Source of the DNA: Corallochytrium limacisporum Hawaii
Lineage: Eukaryota > Protista > Pluriformea
Reading direction: 5' to 3'
Assembly: GCA_002811645.1 (NCBI GenBank)
Contig: PDIP01000063.1
Location: 73,431-137,430, forward strand
Length of the DNA: 64,000 nucleotides
Shown: piece after piece, positions 55,100-64,000 of the stretch
Layout of the letters: each line of letters starts with the position of its first letter
Position numbering within the stretch: the stretch's first letter is position 1
The notes under the pieces: generated by a model
What the model was told of the DNA's origin: nothing
The model's database searches: none
What the model saw: the letters and a program-made list of their open reading frames with translations, nothing else
Made by a program: the position numbers and the translations under genes

Positions 55100-58010
55100 T
55101 GAGCAAGGAACGGATGGGCCAGGACAAACCTTTCGCATTGCTCTTCGGTGTCTGCCTCCTGTCCTGTTTGTGCCGTCTCTTTGGGGTCATCTGTTGCTGA
55201 GTACCGGAGCCCGAGTGCTTGCTTCCAATACGCGCCCCAATTCTGAGTGCAGGTTGTAGGCCACGTACGTTACCTTTGTGGCGTAGATCTAATTCCATTC
55301 AACAGAGATGCTGTGCTCTCGGCGTAGGTTGACTGCACACTGGTCTCGAGCGCTGGGCTTGCGCTGCGGATGCGTTTTAGCCCAACCAAGAACGAAAGCC
55401 AAAGATATCTCGGCCGCCAACGTTTTGTTCGGAAGGGGACGGTAGGTGATCTCCTCCAATCTTCTTCTTGCATGTCGCATCATGTCGTTAAGTATTTTCC
55501 GGGATCTGTGGATAGGACGTTGCTTTGCGCCATCTTTGCGTAGGTCTGTGCGGATGGGTATTGTAACGTTCGATGTTATATCCTCCTTTGCGCGGATCTG
55601 CTTGTATGTACAGGCTTTGTCCATTGTGTTGTTATGTTTTCTGAGGCGCCACACACATAGCACCCAGCAGATGCGATCTGTCCCGTATCGCTTTCTTCGG
55701 GCAGCACTGCCAAACGAAGAAGATGACGACGCTGGACCGAGCCCGTCGAACGAAAGCATTTTGGGAACGGACCTGTGGAGGAATGCTAGGAGGATGCCTG
55801 CTTCCAGTGGTCAATTCAAATTTTGGTATGACCGGGACACACAGAAGTCAAAACATGCAAAGAGCACTCCGCAACTGGTAAGGCTTTTGATAGTGCGTTT
55901 GCGTATGGGTGTTTGATTCTGATTTGAAAGGTGGAGGCTGCAGAGAGGGTTCGCCAATCTCTCCTGCTCTTCGCATCGCTGAGAATGTACAAGGTTTGGT
56001 GACAGGGGAGGAGGAGAGCGACGGGGACATATCAAGAACATTCTCGGGTTGTAAGACCAGGCGACGACTCTGTGCCTGTACTATCATCGGAGGCTTCAGT
56101 GGAAAAACTCTGTAGACGACAGCACCAGCGCTCGATCTTCCTTCTCCAATGTCGTCCATGTCGGTCTCAATTAGTATTCTCTTCCTCTTTCGTTCGCGAT
56201 GCGGAGGATGATAATTGATGGTGGTCTTTTTGATGTCCAACGGATTGGTCACCGTGTGGGTGTTTTGGGGGAACGCTGGAGGTTTCGTGGTTGCCTTTGA
56301 ATGCCGCACCTGCTTGCAGTTCTAGCTACCGCTCCTCCGCCTACGCGCACATAGTTTCTCTGGCATTTTGTTGTTTTTTTGAAACTCCTTGTCGGCCACC
56401 AGCTGCCAGGTGCTTTGCTTGTTTTGGCTTTTTCGGTGCCCAACCTGGCCGTCCCTTTCGTTCTCTAGGCATAAGTATCTGGTTAACGATTCCTTCGACG
56501 AAGAAAGTAGCAGATTTCTACTCTCTGAGGGTTTCACGAGTTTGGTAGCAAGGCAGCAAAGGCAGGCAGTTTACAGTTTCATCCCTACACTACAGATGAC
56601 TGCTGCTGCAAAGGCCGCCCGGAGTTGGAAAACAGCCAGTCTTTGAAATCCAACAAGGAGGAGAAGCAGGTGATTGACATGTTTCATGCCCACCACCGGG
56701 CTTCTTGCCGCCTGGGGATTATGTTTTTGTCGCAGTGAGTTTCATGTGTGTGCGCCGTTTTAAATCATCAGAGGTATCTCTGGGCAATCCGACTGAGAGC
56801 CCTTGCAGTCAGTGCAGTGTGTCCATGTGAAGAACGTATTAGACGCACCGGGAACGACGAATTCGCTCTACGGTTGCGAGGCCGCATGCTAGCATTGGCT
56901 CCCTCTTACTTTGTTTGGATCTTGACATGTCAAATCAAGGCAGCAGCATGAGTGCAGAATGGAAGCAAAGTAAGCAGCCAAGGGGGTTAGATCATCGCTC
57001 CAGGTCACAGCAGCAGCAGTCGATCATCTCGCCACCATCCCAGCTAGAACCAGATCCCATCCACAGAACTGCACATGCATTCATGAAAACGGTGAGTCCA
57101 TGGCCTTCGAAAAGAGGGAAGCATAATGCTTCAGCCATGAAACAAAGCGCTCGCGCCAATTTCCTATTGATGTTGGAGTGTGCCTGTCAGTCCAGATCAC
57201 ACTATCCTCCCGGTGTGACTATCTTCCTAGCCGTTTCCGCCAGACCTTTGTTGTTTCGTTCCATGCAACGAAACCATTTCGAAGTTACAAAGTAGAAAGC
57301 TATGCAAAGGACCACACAAACGTTTCAATCGCAACTTGTAGACAGCAAAGGGACAAACTCTAGGCCGATTAACATTGGACCAGCATGCAAACCTTCAAAA
57401 TCGGTATCACATCAGGTGCAATGTACAGCCCCAGGAGACACGCGCCCAACCTACCCCATATTCGGTTCATCGCCGCAGATCACTACTACCATGCCATCAC
57501 AGCAACATCCAGCACCTAACGTGCTGGAGGCAGCCTGTGCCTTAATGGACGCTTGGACAGGGACAGCATGGAGGACAAAGCATGCCCTTGCAGAGGAGAG
57601 CAAGAAATGCAAGACGTTTTGCTCGTATTTGGGTAGAATTTCCGTGTGTGTATGAACCTCCCTGCTTTGCAACCAATTTGCACACAATGGTGGGCTTGGC
57701 CATCATATACTTAAATCTCGTCGCACACTCCTCCCATTGGAATGGTACGAAACGTAACGAGAGCCAGTGGAAAAAAAGCAACATCGTTCGACACAAGTGA
57801 TCTACAGCGCTTGCGATACCTAAGGAGTGGATGCAGGTGACGGCTACCATTCTCCGTCTTCGGAACCGGGCGGGCGATGGGAACATTTCGGTACGCAGAA
57901 CATTGAATATCGACATCGAGCCGTGTGCCCGCCTGGCCATGCAATAAAACGGTAGCCCATGCATCCGCCCACAGCGCACGATGGTACAATTACTCGAAGG
58001 TTCTCAGCTA
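55100..58010 (+). mobile_element. Decayed Ty1/Copia pol remnant (element D; pre-integrase, integrase, RT, RNase H)
   Basis: ERMGQ...CPVC (HHCC finger), YVTFV, DRTLL, then FTSLVARQQRQ..SFIPT and EFHVCAPF(L)N. SLYGCEAAC*HW at 56863 is in frame with VDHL at 57019 and with QFPIDVG..LSVQITLS..Y...RF. These are followed by GAMY..TRP, SQQHP..LEAA, KKQ..ST...Y.A and RTLNIDI. Confidence 0.7.
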
Positions 58011-58113
58011 CCAAATTTGTTTCGTTTTGTGTTTTTCCTTTTTGCACCGCTCTGACCAAAACAGAAACTATTTCCACCCCACCCCACCCCCTCATTGTTT
58101 TACCTGTTTCCTC

Positions 58114-58573
58114 NNNNNNNNNNNNNNNNNNNNNNNNNNNNNNNNNNNNNNNNNNNNNNNNNNNNNNNNNNNNNNNNNNNNNNNNNNNNNNNNNNNNNNN
58201 NNNNNNNNNNNNNNNNNNNNNNNNNNNNNNNNNNNNNNNNNNNNNNNNNNNNNNNNNNNNNNNNNNNNNNNNNNNNNNNNNNNNNNNNNNNNNNNNNNNN
58301 NNNNNNNNNNNNNNNNNNNNNNNNNNNNNNNNNNNNNNNNNNNNNNNNNNNNNNNNNNNNNNNNNNNNNNNNNNNNNNNNNNNNNNNNNNNNNNNNNNNN
58401 NNNNNNNNNNNNNNNNNNNNNNNNNNNNNNNNNNNNNNNNNNNNNNNNNNNNNNNNNNNNNNNNNNNNNNNNNNNNNNNNNNNNNNNNNNNNNNNNNNNN
58501 NNNNNNNNNNNNNNNNNNNNNNNNNNNNNNNNNNNNNNNNNNNNNNNNNNNNNNNNNNNNNNNNNNNNNNNNN
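58114..58573. other. Assembly gap
   Basis: Run of N. Confidence 1.
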
Positions 58574-58605
58574 CTACACGGAAGAGAGTTGGTGTCTATG
58601 TGCGT

Positions 58606-58641
<36 letters not shown>

Positions 58642-60454
58642 GAAGTTTCGTTTCACCACGGTTGCTTGGAAGCTTAAGAACAGATAAAGGTTTCTACCTC
58701 TCTCGTCGTCTACTACTCCCCTCTCCCCTCTACTATTTTCTTAAGCAAAACAAAAGTAAAAAAGGAAAAGACCTCTCCCGTGTTTTCCTCCTTTAGGAAC
58801 ACGTATGACACCTCTCGGGTGGTGGTACTACTACGACGCCGATCCCCACTCTACTAATATCTACGACTTGCTGACGATCCGGTTTGGCGCGGGGGAGGAG
58901 AGAGAGACAGCGAGAGAGAGAGAGTTTGGAGAGGAGGAAGAGAGAGGGGAGGGAAGAAGGGGGGGGTTTTGGGGGGTCATCACCAACCCCAATGATCGCC
59001 CGTCTTTGCCCGCCCTCAAATCGCCTATTGCTCAGGATGCCCCTAGCCCGCCAATCATTTCTCTCTGATCTCCCTTCTTCTTCCTCTCTCCTTTTTTTTT
59101 GTTGGCTCTCTCTCTCTGTGTCTTCCCCTTCTTTTTCTTTTGGTTTCTCCCCCCCCCTTTCTCTTGCCCTTTCCCTAAGCGTCAAACAAAACCGTACGTT
59201 TGCCAATCATGCACCCTACGCACTCCAAAATGCAACTTTGTCTCATGTCTCCCTTTTTAGGCTATTGCAAAGTACGCAAAGGAAATGGTCTGAATCAGTC
59301 GGTTTCTCCCCAACCTTTCTCCCTTTTTTTTTTGCCTCTCCTTCTTGGCGTGCGTGTGTCAAGTGTGTGTCGTCTGTGTTGTCCACACAATCTATTCTGA
59401 CGTAAGTCATAGAGATACGGGACCACGAAACCTCACGAAGTTTCTTGGATCACGAAAACGGCGCCCGCCATCGGGTTCTAAAACAGCTTCAAGACTTTTA
59501 TCACGACGACGGCACATTTGGCCAGCCCCTCTCCTTCCCACTCCTCCGGGGTCTTATGCCCTACCTTTTTCCCGCCTTTTGTCGGGATTTGCATTTACCC
59601 CCCCCCTGTAGGCCTTGGTGTGGCTGAAAAAAAAAAACAAACAAAGAGCGATCCAAAACAAGAACGGAGCAGACAGCTTAAGAAACCTATTAAGAAAAAG
59701 AAAACCAAAACACAACCAACAAAGAAAGGCAAGTGCACACAACAACAAATTAAAAACCAAGTGTTCTTGTTGGCCAATTAGACGTGTACAATGCTCCGTA
59801 GGAGGATGGGACTGGGGCGTATAATATACGGAGTCAATACGCGCAACAGGATAGTGACACACAGGTAGGCCCGAGTTCGGGGGCCGCAACGAAATCGCAC
59901 ACATACCAACTGGTCATGTGGGTTGTGATTGTACTAGGCTGCCTGCTTCATTTCTGCAATTGATGTAATACTCTACGAAGTGAGATAACATCACAACCCA
60001 CGATTACGGAAAGCCATTCCTGGCGATTCTAGTCGCGCCGTTTCCTTTGCGTGTGGTGTCGTGTGGACACTTAAAACCCAACCCCCAAGAATGTAAAAAA
60101 TAATGGGAGAGAAAAAAATATTCCAGGCCAACGCGGGGAGAAAAAAAAAAGAGAAGTGAAAAGGCCGTGGACAATTCAAGGTCTCTCTCCCTCGTTCTCT
60201 CGCTCTCTCTCTCTCTCTCGCTCGCGCTCTCTCTCTCTCTCTCTCTCATGCGCCTCTTGCCTCAGCCTCTGCCTCCCAGCTCTGTTTGTCTCCCGGTGCG
60301 GTGTATATACCAACTGCCAACGACACACACGTCCCGCATCCCTGCTCCCCTCCCCTCCCCTCCTCCCCCCCGGCCGTCCCCTGCGGGGGGAATTGGACAT
60401 TCTCCGCCCTTCCCAAACCCAACCCCACACCCGGGGGGGGGGGTTGGGGGGGGG

Positions 60455-60717
60455 NNNNNNNNNNNNNNNNNNNNNNNNNNNNNNNNNNNNNNNNNNNNNN
60501 NNNNNNNNNNNNNNNNNNNNNNNNNNNNNNNNNNNNNNNNNNNNNNNNNNNNNNNNNNNNNNNNNNNNNNNNNNNNNNNNNNNNNNNNNNNNNNNNNNNN
60601 NNNNNNNNNNNNNNNNNNNNNNNNNNNNNNNNNNNNNNNNNNNNNNNNNNNNNNNNNNNNNNNNNNNNNNNNNNNNNNNNNNNNNNNNNNNNNNNNNNNN
60701 NNNNNNNNNNNNNNNNN
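60455..60717. other. Assembly gap
   Basis: Run of N between poly-G tracts. Confidence 1.
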
Positions 60718-61964
60718 GGGGAGGAGAGAGAAGGGGATATTAATTTGTTGCGTGGACGATTGGTTGCGTATGAAGACAAAAGCAAAATATACCGATGCCC
60801 TGGTACGTATTGCACGGGACCCTATATTTTTTTTTCCTTTTTGTTTGCTACCTCCCCTCATTTTTTTTGTTGTTTTTTTAGTTTGCTTTTGAATTTTCGA
60901 TGAGGCTGGGTTGGTGCGGGTTTCCTTCTCGTGGCCTTGGGCCCCCGGGGGGGGGGGAGGGGGGGGCTTTCCTCTCTCTCTCTTAGACTTCAGAAACGGA
61001 GAGGGAGCGAGGGGAACACAAAACGGCTATTATTGTTTACCGTTTTCTTTTTCAAAGTCTCTTTTTTAATTCCTTTGCCTTTTTCTTTCGGTTTTTTTGG
61101 TTCATTGGGCCCTGTGAATTTCTGATCCACTTTCCTTGCTTGTCTTTTTGAAACATCTTTTCTTTTTGTATTTTTTCTTTGGTCTTTCACTCTTCACACA
61201 CCAAACGCCGCGAACGAGAGAGATGCCATGTGTGTTTAACCCATATTTTTTTCTTTTGGCAACCTTGGTCATGGTAGTGTTGTGTGGACAACTTTGGGTA
61301 CGTGGTATTTGTTTTTTCCTCTTCTTTTTTTTTTTGGGTCTTTTGGGTTGGGTTGGGTGGAGGGAGGAGAAGGAGGCGACACGGTGAACGGAGTTTTGAG
61401 AGTTCGAATGGTTGGAGAGATGTATGTAAGCGTTGTGTGTGTTGTATTTTAGGTCTTTTGATGGCCAGACACTCCAGCAGCACCAAAAAAGAATGGTGGG
61501 TGAATTTTTTGTTTGTGTTCAGAAAGTGAGAGTTTCTCTGTTGCGTGTTTGGGTTTGAGTTTTTCTTTAAATTTCCGTCTCTTTTGGCCCGCATCGGTCC
61601 GCAGTTTCCCCAAAATATTTTAAAAAAAAAAAACAAGAAAGAAAAAGAGAGCGAAAAGGGAAACCAGAGACAGACAGCGCCCGTGAAAACAAAAAATAAA
61701 CAAAAGACAGCGCAGCGGTGGTGGTGGACATACAAAGGAATGAAACAGGAGAAGAAGGAGTGAAGTACGAGGCCGCCCCCCCTCCCCCTGGGACAAAAAC
61801 ACTACGTTGTCCCCGAGAGAGGCTGGCAGTGCACGCAGCAAAGGCACAGGAGGAGGAGCAAGACTTGAGGTCGTCGTTGGTGTGCGCGCCTCTGAAGTGC
61901 TTGTGTTGTCTTGTGCCACTACTGATGATGCTCGGGCTCTCGGTTAGCTTGTGTTCTGCTCCTA

Positions 61965-63494
61965 CTACTCATCATCCTTCCGACCACTTTCACCAGCGTG
62001 CATCCAGCCAGCGTAAGCCACGGCCGCATGCTGCTGCGGATGGTGACTGCCAGAGTCCTGCTGCTGGTGTGGTGCACCTGATGCGCCAGCCATTTGGCCG
62101 GAGGTGTGCTGTTGTTGAGATGGATGCTGAGGATGTTGCTGTTGCGACGGATGCTGAGGATGTTGTTGCTGCTGTTGTTGATGACGATGATGCTCATGAT
62201 GTTGGAGATGTTGATGAGAGGGATGATGATGTTGTTGCTGGTGGGGAGTGCCCTGCTTCAACGCCCCTTCAGAGGCTGCCTGCGCCTGCGGTGGTGGAGG
62301 GTAGATGGATGGATTTGAGTGTCCGTGAACGCTGGTCAGGGAACTGACCAGCGCTAGCATGTCGTCTCCACCTTCGTCGTATGGATTGGACCAAATGCTC
62401 GAGCCTGACTGGGCCGGTCCGGCACGGCTGCCCGGAGTGCCGTAAGCGGCGCCGGAGTGGCTGGTTTCCAGCTGGTCCAAGGATCCAAGTCGGTGAGATG
62501 TCAGCGACGTCTGTGTGGAGGCACGCAGATCGGACGCGCTCTGCACGCCACTAATGGACGAAACAAAACTCGTGGTGGCAGACAGATCCATGGACCCGTG
62601 GTGGTCGGTAGAGCGCACAGAGTGCATTGAACCGCGCATCTGCTCCGCACTCGCCGCTCCAGACAAGAGGCTTCCAACAGACTCGGCCGCGCCGAACTGT
62701 GGGACGCGACCGGTGCTGCTTCGCTGGCTTGAAGAGCTGGCGCGGCGAATATCACTTGCAGTTGGGGCCGGCGCGGCAGTGGCTGCGGCTCCTGACCATT
62801 CCATCTGAGGCAGATCAGTCCCTTCCATCGATGGACGGTGCGGTGTAATGGATGCACGACGCTGCGGACTGATGTGCTCTGGAGCAGGGGGTCTGGTTGC
62901 CTGCCCGGCTTCGGAACTATAAGAAACTGAGGAGCTCGGATCGCTATGACGGGACACTTTCATGTTCGCCGCCGCTCCCTGAGCAGCCCACTGGCCAGCG
63001 TACATGGGATCCACGTTGGCCGGAGGGTCATTCATTGGACGAACGGGGCTGCTATTACTCTCTTCCATCTGCATAGCGGCAGCCGATGACGTTGCGCCGA
63101 CATCCTCGTAATTGAGGACTCCAGTCCGGCACAGGGCCTCTGCAGCATCAAGGTCAATGCCGGAGCCTCCAGCACTTGTGAACTCACTGCCCAAGATTCG
63201 GGCCAACTCTTCTTGACGGCGTTGCTGTAGTTTAATCTTCTCTGAAAATCGCCGGGGATTGTCCGGAGGACGTCGTCCCTTTCGCACTGCCTTCGGCTTC
63301 TCGCCTACGACAGCTCGATGGAGTCTGTTTTCCAATTCATTGATAAATTCTTGCGCACTCTGATTGGATTTGTCCTTGGGCTTGTCACCCGAAGCGCTTC
63401 CTCGCGATGTACCCTTACCCCGTCTTCCCATAATCTTGGGAGAGGAGAATTCTAGTCTGTATCGATGACGGTCCACGCTTGCATACACGTCCAT
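61965..63494 (-). CDS. CRTC/TORC-like protein: TORC_N CREB-binding motif, S-rich regulatory region, Q/H-rich tail
   Basis: DNPRRFSEKIKLQQRRQEE versus animal CRTC NPRKFSEKIALQKQRQAEE. Two RRAS sites. The start could instead be the ATG at 63431. Confidence 0.8.
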   Translation of the reverse strand: MDVYASVDRHRYRLEFSSPKIMGRRGKGTSRGSASGDKPKDKSNQSAQEFINELENRLHRAVVGEKPKAVRKGRRPPDNPRRFSEKIKLQQRRQEELARILGSEFTSAGGSGIDLDAAEALCRTGVLNYEDVGATSSAAAMQMEESNSSPVRPMNDPPANVDPMYAGQWAAQGAAANMKVSRHSDPSSSVSYSSEAGQATRPPAPEHISPQRRASITPHRPSMEGTDLPQMEWSGAAATAAPAPTASDIRRASSSSQRSSTGRVPQFGAAESVGSLLSGAASAEQMRGSMHSVRSTDHHGSMDLSATTSFVSSISGVQSASDLRASTQTSLTSHRLGSLDQLETSHSGAAYGTPGSRAGPAQSGSSIWSNPYDEGGDDMLALVSSLTSVHGHSNPSIYPPPPQAQAASEGALKQGTPHQQQHHHPSHQHLQHHEHHRHQQQQQQHPQHPSQQQHPQHPSQQQHTSGQMAGASGAPHQQQDSGSHHPQQHAAVAYAGWMHAGESGRKDDE

Positions 63495-64000
63495 TCAACT
63501 TGTCTGTAATTGGTCTCCTTGAACGTAAACCAAGTGCTCTGTAGATATGGCTTGGATAAGGATCACGAGCTATGGTTCATTAATCGCCCTGGGGTTTCTT
63601 CTTTAGCTTTGGATACGGAATGTCCTTCCATATGGTTTTACATGAAATTGATCATGCGAGTCTGATATAGGACACCGTGTGATTCCTCAAATACCACAGA
63701 AACGAGTTCGAAAGAAAACCGCTATACAATGTTACGTCAGGGTCTAACGGCGAACGGTTTCCCATCGCGCAGAAAGGTTACTCGGTTCCAAAGCACCCAT
63801 CTCGAAGGTGAAGACGGGATAAGCACCGCAGCAACCCACGCAAACCCAGAACAGCGCTAGGAAAGAAGAACAGACGGGGGAAAGGGGTCATATCGGTTTC
63901 AAAATCAAATACACAAACAGCTCCAACCTCTGCACAAACTCCAGCGAGCAGCAGGGCGCAGCACACAGGCCCTCCCATATTATTGGTTGCGGATCAGAGG

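Noticed and set aside
47900-58100. Intact LTRs, primer-binding sites or target-site duplications for the Copia remnants
   Set aside because: No direct repeats or tRNA-complementary sites were recognisable by eye, so none are claimed.

Overview
Eukaryotic nuclear DNA, with five assembly gaps. It carries 12 apparently intact protein genes, none interrupted by an intron: NDUFV1, a Mondo-motif protein, CEP131, a ZFYVE19/ANCHR-like FYVE/B-box protein, mitochondrial EF-G1, an ankyrin protein, a small membrane protein, a 1099-aa protein with a duplicated N-terminal domain, a VRK-like kinase, Ku70, KATNBL1-like and SPPL2-like. A thirteenth gene encodes a CRTC-like protein, and there is one tRNA-Glu(TTC). 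Genes are separated by microsatellite- and homopolymer-rich spacers. The gene set (VRK, CRTC motif, CCDC33, KATNBL1) plus the absence of introns suggests a unicellular holozoan such as Corallochytrium; this is inference only. Main observations: (1) a near-perfect CRTC/TORC_N CREB-binding motif in an otherwise unannotatable ORF. (2) A Mondo/ChREBP MCR I-III-like module on a protein with no bHLH. (3) An ANCHR-like protein with four DYxxPRT(L/M)R repeats resembling Cas-type phosphotyrosine docking sites. (4) Two decayed ciliary-gene relics (CCDC33-like, IFT70) flanking an intact CEP131. (5) Four heavily eroded Ty1/Copia pol remnants visible only as ordered motifs across broken frames. All family assignments were made by eye against remembered consensus sequences; no database search was run.
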